Shown here: positions 1-6,923 of the stretch, piece by piece
Position numbering within the stretch: the stretch's first letter is position 1
Layout of the letters: each line of letters starts with the position of its first letter
Assembly (NCBI GenBank): GCA_964014485.1
Contig: CAXHAT010000214.1
Coordinates: 1-12,753, forward strand
Length of the DNA: 12,753 nucleotides
Origin: an uncultured Deferribacteres bacterium
GTDB lineage: Bacteria > Zhuqueibacterota > Zhuqueibacteria > Zhuqueibacterales > Geothermadaptataceae
Direction of reading: 5' to 3'
Notes under the pieces: model-generated
Database searches by the model: none
What the model was told of the DNA's origin: nothing
The model's input: the letters and a program-made list of their open reading frames with translations, nothing else
Position numbers and translations under genes: made by a program

Positions 1-106
1 CGGGAATCCAGTCAAACGTGCGCAGCCCCTGGATTCCCGCCTGCGCGGGAATGACTTTAATGAGGGCTTCTACGGCGTCACTGCTGTCGCATAACATCAG
101 TTAATA
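1..106. repeat. REP-doublet/MITE-like element family 1, copy A (left end cut off by window edge)
   Basis: Partial left arm CGGGAATCCA (1-10), 19-nt spacer (11-29), right arm TGGATTCCCGCCTGCGCGGGAATGAC (30-55), then a 51-nt tail (56-106) matching 3270-3320 at 43/51 positions. Confidence 0.85.
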
Positions 107-351
107 GATTAAAATACAAGACGGCAAGATTTGATGCAATCGGGATGTTTCAAGACCGGTCAAAACAATGCAGCCGGTAAGAATATTTTACGTTTCCCTG
201 CGTTGAAGTTGGTAGAATAGTAAAAGATAACGCGGCAGGCGTAAGAATGCGCGGCGTTGTCTTGGGAAGAGCATAAATTTCTCACATCTCTCTATCACGC
301 CGCTTCGAAGAACGAAGCTTTTTCATAAAATATTTTCAGGAAGGATTCCAC

Positions 352-1470
352 ATGAAAGATCCAAGATTAGCCCAACTTGCAAATATACTTGCCTCACATT
401 CAACAAATCTGCAGCCCGGCGAGCGCGTGCTCATCGAAGCGATTGATATTCCCGAGCAATTTACGATTGCGCTCATCCAAGCGGTGGAAGCGCGCAAAGC
501 CGTGCCGTTCGTCACCGTTAAAAACAATGCCATCAACCGGGCTCTGTTGCGCGCGCTGCCGACGGAAGGCTTCGAAAGTTGGGGAGCCTATGAAGCCAAT
601 CGCATGCAAGAAATGCACGCCTACATCGGCGTACGCGGCAGTTTGAACATCAACGAAATGTCGGACGTCGATCAGCGGAAAATGAATGATTACAAACTGC
701 ACTTTATGAAGCCGGTGCACCACGATATTCGCGTGCCGAAAACGAAGTGGGTTGTGCTGCGCTACCCGTCGTCTTCCATGGCGCAACAGGCTTCGATGAG
801 CACGGAGGCTTTTGAAGATTTCTATTTCAACGTCTGCACCCTCGACTATGCGAATATGTCCGAAAAAATGCAGGCGCTGCAGGCAAGGATGAACCAGGCG
901 GACAAAGTACGGATTCTCGGCAATGACACGGAGCTTGAGTTCAGCATCAAGAACATTCCGGCTATCGGTTGCGGCGGCGAGCACAATATCCCCGACGGCG
1001 AATGTTTTACCGCGCCTGTGCGCGACAGCGTTAACGGCCACATTCATTTTAATACGCCGACGATCTATGAAGGCGTAACCTTCAACGACGTACGGCTGGA
1101 ATTCAAAGACGGAAAAATCGTCGCCGCGACGGCGGACAAATCAGAAAAATTGAATGCGATTTTGGACACGGACGAAGGCTCCCGCTATATCGGCGAGTTC
1201 GCCATTGGGTTCAACCCGCACATTACACGGCCCATGCTGGACATTTTGTTTGATGAAAAAATGGCGGGGTCGTTTCATTTTACGCCGGGGCAGGCTTACG
1301 AAGAAGCGGATAACGGCAACCGGTCCAACGTTCACTGGGACTTGGTCATGCGCCAAACTCCGGAGATGGGCGGCGGGATGATCTACTTTGACGATGAACT
1401 CATCCGCAAGGACGGCGAATTCATCCCGCAAGATTTACAGCCGCTTAATCCGCAAAACCTTGCAGGTTAA
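352..1470 (+). CDS. Aminopeptidase, peptidase family M29 (AmpS/PepS/aminopeptidase T-like)
   Basis: 372-aa ORF with AGGAAGGA RBS upstream. M29 motifs: N-terminal LAQLANIL..STNLQPGERVLI, NIPDGECF, IGEFAIG, LFDEKMAGSFHFTPG, N.SNVHWD. Confidence 0.93.
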   Translation: MKDPRLAQLANILASHSTNLQPGERVLIEAIDIPEQFTIALIQAVEARKAVPFVTVKNNAINRALLRALPTEGFESWGAYEANRMQEMHAYIGVRGSLNINEMSDVDQRKMNDYKLHFMKPVHHDIRVPKTKWVVLRYPSSSMAQQASMSTEAFEDFYFNVCTLDYANMSEKMQALQARMNQADKVRILGNDTELEFSIKNIPAIGCGGEHNIPDGECFTAPVRDSVNGHIHFNTPTIYEGVTFNDVRLEFKDGKIVAATADKSEKLNAILDTDEGSRYIGEFAIGFNPHITRPMLDILFDEKMAGSFHFTPGQAYEEADNGNRSNVHWDLVMRQTPEMGGGMIYFDDELIRKDGEFIPQDLQPLNPQNLAG

Positions 1471-1508
1471 TTTCCCGCGCTCTATTTTCAGCAAGTTTTA
1501 AACAAGCG

Positions 1509-1548
1509 ACCTTCCAGATTTGTCACAAAGTTTGGAAGGTTTCTTTTT
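1509..1548 (+). terminator. Rho-independent terminator after the aminopeptidase
   Basis: ACCTTCCAGA-TTT...AAA-GTTTGGAAGGT stem followed by TTCTTTTT, about 40 nt after the stop codon. Confidence 0.7.
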
Positions 1549-1631
1549 GTCAACGTTCCGGAAAAGCATTCAATTTCGTCTGGCGAGACCGCATGCTCTT
1601 GCCCGCATTCAAACATAGAAAAAGGTCAAAG

Positions 1632-1862
1632 ATGAACGTCTCAATCGAATACTGCGTCATGTGAAACTACAAGCCGAGAGCCCTTAGTTTAAGGGACGCG
1701 CTTCTTCGTTTTGACGCCAACCTGAACATTTCATTTATCAAATCCAAGGGCGGCGCATTTGAAATCCGCGTCGGCGAGAAGCTGATTTTTTCGAAAAAAC
1801 AGACCGGGCGATTTCCAGAGTACGAAGAACTTTTTTCACTATTAAAACGGGCGAACGCTTAG
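1632..1862 (+). CDS. SelW/SelT/SelH (Rdx-family) selenoprotein, 76 aa, CxxU motif, TGA (Sec) at 1662-1664
   Basis: Manual translation: MNVSIEYCVM-U-NYKPRALSLRDALLRFDANLNISFIKSKGGAFEIRVGEKLIFSKKQTGRFPEYEELFSLLKRANA*. Rdx hallmarks IEYCxxU, GGxFEI, LIFSK and GRFP lie on both sides of the TGA in one frame. AAAGG RBS at 1621-1625. Not in the ORF track because of the TGA. Confidence 0.92.
1671..1703 (+). promoter_or_regulatory. Putative bacterial SECIS element
   Basis: Directly 3' of the in-frame TGA: upper stem CCCTT (1681-1685)/AAGGG (1691-1695) with loop AGTTT (G early in the loop, followed by U) about 21 nt from the TGA; lower stem AAGC (1671-1674)/GCTT (1700-1703). Confidence 0.75.
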
Positions 1863-1902
1863 CGCCAAAGTTCACTACCTGACACTTTTCGTATAGGCTT
1901 CT

Positions 1903-2039
1903 AAAACTGGCGAAAAAGGCCGAAATTGTCATGTTGGAAGCATCTTTTTTGATCCGATTCTTGAATTTTTGAGCATGATCTGTACTGGACGATAACAAAG
2001 ATTCCTTCAGAATGACAAAACGGGGCCGTGCGACGGCTC
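1903..2039. repeat. MITE/REP-like element family 2, copy A
   Basis: Similar to 8007-8139, with 27 nt identical (GATCTGTACTGGACGATAACAAAGATT at 1977-2003 and 8074-8100). Imperfect internal palindrome GTCATGTTGGAAGCATCTTT...AAAGATTCCTTCAGAATGAC (1928-2016). Outer boundaries approximate. Confidence 0.75.
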
Positions 2040-2126
2040 CAAAATGCAGTTTACAAAAAGCGTCAGATAAAGAGCGTCAAAGTTGCAAAAAGCGAGCATT
2101 TGAACGAACTGTTGGTCGAAGAAAAG

Positions 2127-3041
2127 ATGTTGAGAAAACTTGTACTGTTTGTTGCGTTGCCGCTCTGTGCTTGCTCCCAGAAAAAAGAAATCCAGCCCGG
2201 AACTATTGATGCGGTACAAATGGAAAATTACCTGAACGCCCTCGCCGACAGCCTCCACGCGAGCTTGGGCGTGTCCTTTTTTGATTTGGAGACCGGGCAG
2301 GAATTTCATTTCAACGAGAAAGAATTGATGCACGCCGCCAGCACGATGAAGGTGCCTCTGATGATCGAGCTGTTTCGGCAGGCCGAAGCGAACGAATATG
2401 CAATGGATGACTCAATAATTGTTAAAAATGAGTTCCGGAGCATTGTGGACGGCAGCGCGTATTCGATCAGCGACGACAGCGAAAAAACGCTCTATGAAAA
2501 AATCGATCAGCCTGTTTCGATGCGCAAATTGAACGAGCTCATGATCACGATGAGTAGCAATCTCGCTACGAACCTGTTGATTGAAAAAGTTGAGGCCCGG
2601 CGCGTCATGCAGACGATGGCGGAAATCGGCGCCAACGACATACAAGTGCTGCGCGGCGTAGAAGATTTAAAGGCGTACCGTAAAGGTTGGAGTAATCGCA
2701 CAACGGCATTCGACATGATGCTGGTTATGCGCGCCATCGCCGAAAAGAAGATCGTTTCCGAGCAAAGTTGCGACGAGATGATTTCGATTTTAAAGCGTCA
2801 ACATTTTCGTAAAAAAATTCCCGCAGGCGTTCCGGTGGAAATCGAAGTCGCGAGCAAAACCGGCAATATCACGGCCATCGATCATGATTGCGCCATCGTT
2901 TTTCCCAAGGAGCGAAAGCCCTATGTTTTGGTCGTCCTAACCAAGGGCGTCGCGTCTCAGGAAACAGCCAGCGAAGCCATCGCGGCGATTTCGAAAAAAA
3001 TCTATGAAAGCCTGAGACCCGTTAACGATAACATTTCCTGA
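2127..3041 (+). CDS. Class A beta-lactamase-like serine hydrolase, predicted lipoprotein
   Basis: SxxK (HAASTMK), SxN (MSSNLATN) and KTG (SKTGNI) motifs in the expected order. Start moved to ATG 2127 because MLRKLVLFVALPLCAC is a lipoprotein signal; the ORF-track start at 2028 overlaps a repeat. Confidence 0.88.
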   Translation: MLRKLVLFVALPLCACSQKKEIQPGTIDAVQMENYLNALADSLHASLGVSFFDLETGQEFHFNEKELMHAASTMKVPLMIELFRQAEANEYAMDDSIIVKNEFRSIVDGSAYSISDDSEKTLYEKIDQPVSMRKLNELMITMSSNLATNLLIEKVEARRVMQTMAEIGANDIQVLRGVEDLKAYRKGWSNRTTAFDMMLVMRAIAEKKIVSEQSCDEMISILKRQHFRKKIPAGVPVEIEVASKTGNITAIDHDCAIVFPKERKPYVLVVLTKGVASQETASEAIAAISKKIYESLRPVNDNIS

Positions 3042-3064
3042 CGCGGCTGATTTTGTAGCTTCGA

Positions 3065-3138
3065 TAACTCAAGTTGCGCGCCTGACTAATGGTTTGAGTC
3101 AGTTCCCACGTTTTTAAGCGAGCGCGCAACACCAGTTA
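3065..3138. repeat. Short element bounded by inverted repeats, sharing its right end with family 1
   Basis: TAACTCAAGTTGCGCGC (3065-3081) against GCGCGCAACACCAGTTA (3122-3138) is a 14/17 inverted match. AACACCAGTTAATAA occurs at both 3128-3142 and 3307-3321. Confidence 0.55.
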
Positions 3139-3169
3139 ATAAATCATGTTACGCACTCGGAGATTTCCC

Positions 3170-3320
3170 AACTAGTGTCTGAGAAACGTCACTTTTACGT
3201 CATTCCCGCGCAGGCCGGAATCTAGGGGCTGCGCACGATTGACTGGATTCCCGCCTGCGCGGGAATGACTTCAACGAGAGTATCTACGGCGTTACTGCTG
3301 TCGCGTAACACCAGTTAATA
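3170..3320. repeat. REP-doublet/MITE-like element family 1, copy B
   Basis: Arms GTCATTCCCGCGCAGGCCGGAATCTA (3199-3224) and TGGATTCCCGCCTGCGCGGGAATGAC (3244-3269), each with an ATTCCC-N8-GGGAAT-type palindrome (one mismatch in the left arm). Possible outer TIR AACTAGTGT (3170-3178)/ACACCAGTT (3308-3316). Tail shared with 56-106. Confidence 0.85.
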
Positions 3321-3380
3321 ATGAACTTTTTGAATAAATCGCGCCGTCACGATCGACGGGCGCTGAGGCGACACGGAGGT

Positions 3381-4592
3381 ATGCTTCAAAATTTGATGAC
3401 GAGAAGTATTGCGTCATTCTTAGTCGGCCTGATTTTAGTCGGGCTTACCGCTTGCAAACAAACCGAATTTTCCGTTGAGCTGGCCTACAACGACAAAAGC
3501 TCGGGAAAATCTCTTCCGTATTGGCCGCTAAAGCGCATCGACCTAGTCGCTCCAGATTCTGTGAACGCTTCTTTTAGATATGAGCGTGCGAAAGACGCTC
3601 AGCCGCTTATTGCTCAGCTCGCGTTAGGAAACACCAATCGCCCCGCCTATTTCTTGCTCGCCAAATCAGACGAGCGAAGCCTCTATTACGACTTGCTGTA
3701 CATCGATGAAAATCGGGATTTTAACTTCGATAATGACGGACCGCCCAGGCAATCACGCGGACAATTTATTCGCTCGCGCAACAGGCATTACACCGAATTT
3801 GACAACGTTCATTTGACTTATGGCTGGCAAACGCCGACAACGGTGCAGGCGGAATCGCTGTTGTGCAAAATTTATCTTTGGTACCCGGTCTCCGGCGCGC
3901 CGCAGTCCGCCTTCGTTATTCGCGAATCCTGGCGGGAAGGACGTTTTGAGTACAATAAGCAAAAAGCGTTTCTCTCTTTCGTAGACGACGATTACAATGG
4001 CGTCTTTGACGCCAACGACCGCTGGGCAATCGTGCCCGAAGACAGCTTAAACGATTCGATCTTAACCCAGCGCCACGAATTCCGGGACGTTACCAGACTC
4101 GGCTGGTTGGGCGAAACGCCGTTTGAAGTTTTGGAAATTTCACCGCGCGGCGATTTGATTAAACTGGTGCGAAAAGAAACGGAGTTAACGCGAGAAGTCG
4201 ATTTTGCCGCTGAATCTCCGTACTTAAACGAACCCAAACGCCCCAAGGCCGCGCGCGCAATTGAGTGGGAAACAAGCTATAACAGAGCAAAGCGCAAGGC
4301 GCGCGCTTTGCGCAAAAGCATCCTTGCGGTGTTCACGACCTCATGGTCGGGGCCGTCGCTGACGCTGGAGGAACGCACTTTTTCCGATTCCGAAATCGTA
4401 TCGCTTTCCGATAATTTTGTTTGCCTGAAAATTGACGGCGACAAAGAGCAAGCAGTGGTTGAGCGCTTCAAAATTCAGGATTATCCGACGATCCTGTTTA
4501 TAGACAGAAATGAAAAAGAGCTGTCGCGAATCATTGGATACCAACCCGCCGCAGAGTTTTCGCGTCTCTTAAAGGAGCAACTCAAACCGTAA
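3381..4592 (+). CDS. Lipoprotein with a C-terminal thioredoxin-like domain in which CxxC is replaced by SxxS
   Basis: Hydrophobic signal with lipobox LTAC. Two DxDxDG-like loops (YIDENRDFNFDND, FVDDDYNGVFD). C-terminal IEWETSY..AK..A...RKSILAVFTTSWSGPSLTLEERTF...FVCLKID...FKIQDYPTILFID...RIIGY fits a thioredoxin fold. Start uncertain (3381 or 3396; GGAGG at 3375-3379). Confidence 0.82.
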   Translation: MLQNLMTRSIASFLVGLILVGLTACKQTEFSVELAYNDKSSGKSLPYWPLKRIDLVAPDSVNASFRYERAKDAQPLIAQLALGNTNRPAYFLLAKSDERSLYYDLLYIDENRDFNFDNDGPPRQSRGQFIRSRNRHYTEFDNVHLTYGWQTPTTVQAESLLCKIYLWYPVSGAPQSAFVIRESWREGRFEYNKQKAFLSFVDDDYNGVFDANDRWAIVPEDSLNDSILTQRHEFRDVTRLGWLGETPFEVLEISPRGDLIKLVRKETELTREVDFAAESPYLNEPKRPKAARAIEWETSYNRAKRKARALRKSILAVFTTSWSGPSLTLEERTFSDSEIVSLSDNFVCLKIDGDKEQAVVERFKIQDYPTILFIDRNEKELSRIIGYQPAAEFSRLLKEQLKP

Positions 4593-4620
4593 ATTCGAAT
4601 GTCATCTTGGAAGCAGCATC

Positions 4621-6606
4621 ATGAAGAAGCATTCCGGGGCTCGAACCCGTTTCTACGCCTTTTCACTCTTCTCATTCCTGATTTTCACAATTTCAGCCAA
4701 TGCGCAGAAAGCGCTGATTCTCGATAAAACCATGCGTCCGGCGCAAGCGCTGGAAACCGTCGCCAAAACCTGGACCGCCGTCGGGTGCAGCATCGATTAT
4801 CGGCCTTTTCATCCCTACCTTACGCTGGCGGACACTTCGCAGTACGATATTCTGATAATGCTTTGCGGGCGAACGCCGTTGCTCGCCAGCGCCGAAATTA
4901 CCCAAGACGAAATTGATTTATTGCTCGATTTTCATCGGAAAGGTCGGGGCGTCGTCTTTGGCTATGTTCCCGGCGGAACCGGCGACGGGGCGCACGACCG
5001 GGCCGCGATCAACGCATTCCTGCAACAAATTAATGCACGCGTACAAATCGCCGAGATGTTCGTTTATGACAACGATAATCAATATGCAACCGGCGGCGGC
5101 GGGCGCATTTTCGCGCACCGACGCGACTCCTGGAGCTTTTCCGCCATTGGCCGCGTCCCCCTCGGGCATATGACGCCGTTGCGCATTTCGCCGGACGCGC
5201 GGACGGAAATATTCGCCGAATCTTCTGAAACCTCATTTGTGCAGAAAGGGCGTTTGCAGTTTAACGGGCCGTTTCCAACCGGCTTGTTTATTCAAGGAGA
5301 AGGTCCCGTTCTCTTGCTTCCGCGTACGGCGCTTTCCTCGAGCGCAACGGGCATTCACGGGGACGACGCACCGTTTTTGCAGCCTGATTTTGCCGATTCC
5401 TCGCGCGTATTTTTGCAGAGCGTCGTGGAGCGATTTAAGCAATTGCTCTCCGGACAATCGTTGGAGCTTTCGCCCATCGACCCGACGCCCACGTTGCCGA
5501 TTCAGCACAAATCTGAATTTCCGCGCCTTGCTCTGCTTGAAACGGCGCCTTCAAATGCGCTTTTGCCGAGCGAAACAGTCGCCTTTTCAAATTCCGTTCA
5601 GAATACAGGCACAAACGGCGGAGCGGCGTCGCCAGACTTGGCAGGTTCCAGTCACAAAGCATTAAAGGGGCTTTTGATCAATCCAGGAGAAACTGGCGGG
5701 GCTTGGAAAAAAGGAGAACAATTTTTAAAAACGGCGGGGTTGAATTTTTTAATCGGAGAATCGAACTCGGCAATGCTGGAAGAGAGCCGATTTTTTGGGC
5801 TAAAAGATTTGGCGCTGGACGCATCGGAATTTGAGAAGGAAGTACTTGTCGGAGCCGACGGTCTGGAAGTCAAAACCTGGCACCCGCTCAATCGGCGCGT
5901 TTGGCGTGAAGCATTTTTTTCAGCGCTTCATCAAAACGATCACGGCCAGTTTTCCGGCTTCTTTCTGGATCTTCAAACGTTAGAAAATCCCCTGCGATTC
6001 GAAGATTTCAGCGGCTTTGACTTTGGCGATCGTTCGTGGATGGTCTTTTTAAATCACACAGGATCGCTGTTGGAAAATTCCGTTCGAGACGAAGCGCTGG
6101 AAACACCCGCAGCCGCTCGTTTTTCGTGGCTGCTTACGAAAGGCTACCTCCCGCTCTACCGCAAAGCGCTCATGGATGAAGCTGAACGATTCGGGATTGA
6201 ATTGCGGCGCGAAAGCGCTGGCCGCACCCGCGACGGACTTTGGGCAATCGCGCTTTCGTCCATGCCGCGAGACTGGTTCACGATTGGCCTTTTGCGCGGT
6301 CTAAGCCGCCCAAGCAAGCCGGTCATTCTGCTGACGCTGGAAACGCAAGTCCGCAAAAAACTGGCGTGGCTGCGGCAACACGATGTTCACGCCGTCCATC
6401 TTTTGGCGATCACGCCGATGAAATACAGGCGAGAAGATTACCCAAAATTAATGCAATTAGCGAAAACTGAACACAACGGCTTTTGGATATTAGCCTCCGA
6501 AAAGATGCTTGGTTCCGGCGGCGTTCAGTGCGGAGAAGAGACGCTTTCTCTGGAAGATTACGGCAGTTTGCTCAAAGATTCATGGGCGGCGGCTAATGCT
6601 CAATAA
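4621..6606 (+). CDS. Secreted protein of unknown function (possible GATase/GldG-like N-terminal domain and glycoside-hydrolase-like C-terminal barrel)
   Basis: 661-aa ORF 28 nt after the previous stop, so probably co-transcribed. Sec signal ending ISANA-Q. Low-complexity linker (NTGTNGGAASPDLAGSS) between two regions. Domain calls are by eye only. Confidence 0.7.
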   Translation: MKKHSGARTRFYAFSLFSFLIFTISANAQKALILDKTMRPAQALETVAKTWTAVGCSIDYRPFHPYLTLADTSQYDILIMLCGRTPLLASAEITQDEIDLLLDFHRKGRGVVFGYVPGGTGDGAHDRAAINAFLQQINARVQIAEMFVYDNDNQYATGGGGRIFAHRRDSWSFSAIGRVPLGHMTPLRISPDARTEIFAESSETSFVQKGRLQFNGPFPTGLFIQGEGPVLLLPRTALSSSATGIHGDDAPFLQPDFADSSRVFLQSVVERFKQLLSGQSLELSPIDPTPTLPIQHKSEFPRLALLETAPSNALLPSETVAFSNSVQNTGTNGGAASPDLAGSSHKALKGLLINPGETGGAWKKGEQFLKTAGLNFLIGESNSAMLEESRFFGLKDLALDASEFEKEVLVGADGLEVKTWHPLNRRVWREAFFSALHQNDHGQFSGFFLDLQTLENPLRFEDFSGFDFGDRSWMVFLNHTGSLLENSVRDEALETPAAARFSWLLTKGYLPLYRKALMDEAERFGIELRRESAGRTRDGLWAIALSSMPRDWFTIGLLRGLSRPSKPVILLTLETQVRKKLAWLRQHDVHAVHLLAITPMKYRREDYPKLMQLAKTEHNGFWILASEKMLGSGGVQCGEETLSLEDYGSLLKDSWAAANAQ

Positions 6607-6714
6607 CGTGAGTTCGATCTAATGAGCCTCTGGTTGTTTTGTGCATGAGATGTTTCTTTTTCCCGCCTTGAAGCCGCCCATACCCACAAGTTGGGTTTGG
6701 ACGACCTTTAAAAG

Positions 6715-6806
6715 AGCCCTGAAGGGACGAAATGTAACAGCGAAGGGCGTCCGCCCTGGCAAATGTCAACGCACGATCATTTCAAGAAGCACTGTAAGGG
6801 CGAAAT
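6715..6806. repeat. Degenerate REP-like palindrome cluster
   Basis: AGCCCTGAAGGGACGAAAT (6715-6733) and AGCACTGTAAGGGCGAAAT (6788-6806) are imperfect direct repeats with the hairpin AGGGCGTCCGCCCT between them. Confidence 0.5.
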
Positions 6807-6857
6807 AAACGGCGCTGTTTGCGGGAAACAATCTCTTGATTTGGGGGTGAGTGTTGC

Positions 6858-6899
6858 TCCCCGGTTCTCGTCGCGAGCAAGCTTGGCGAGAACCGGGGA
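6858..6899. other. Strong stem-loop between convergent genes (3' UTR of the OmpA-family gene)
   Basis: Perfect 13-bp inverted repeat TCCCCGGTTCTCG (6858-6870)/CGAGAACCGGGGA (6887-6899), 24 nt past the stop codon. No U-tract follows it on either strand. Confidence 0.6.
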
Positions 6900-6923
6900 A
6901 AAAGAGGAACGCAGGCAAGCGTT

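Noticed and set aside
400..1047. Long antisense or alternate-frame ORFs (400-1047, 5237-5665, 6936-7532, 8795-9367, 11144-11539 and others)
   Set aside because: Fully overlap better-supported genes and carry no recognisable motifs; shadow ORFs.
1632..1862. Rdx gene as a nonsense pseudogene
   Set aside because: The only stop falls exactly at the redox CxxU position, the rest of the frame is intact and a SECIS-like hairpin follows.
1738..1998. 86-aa minus-strand ORF, and the similar ORFs at 7880-8206 and 7956-8195
   Set aside because: Their shared peptide (LSSSTD.AQK) is just translation of repeat family 2; 1738-1998 is also antisense to the selenoprotein gene.
2028..2126. N-terminal extension of the beta-lactamase-like ORF (likewise 3321-3380 and 10637-10699 for their genes)
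   Set aside because: Signal peptides or the canonical family N-terminus begin at the downstream ATGs; the extensions run into repeats or intergenic DNA.
1..3320. Palindromic repeats as a CRISPR array
   Set aside because: The arms are inverted pairs rather than tandem direct repeats with unique spacers; only two dispersed copies and no cas genes.
1632..4592. Selenoprotein and SxxS thioredoxin lipoprotein as one redox operon
   Set aside because: They are separated by repeat-filled gaps of about 260-340 nt and an unrelated gene, and are predicted to be in different compartments.
6858..6899. 13-bp hairpin as a classical intrinsic terminator
   Set aside because: No U-tract follows the stem on either strand, so it is kept only as a stem-loop.
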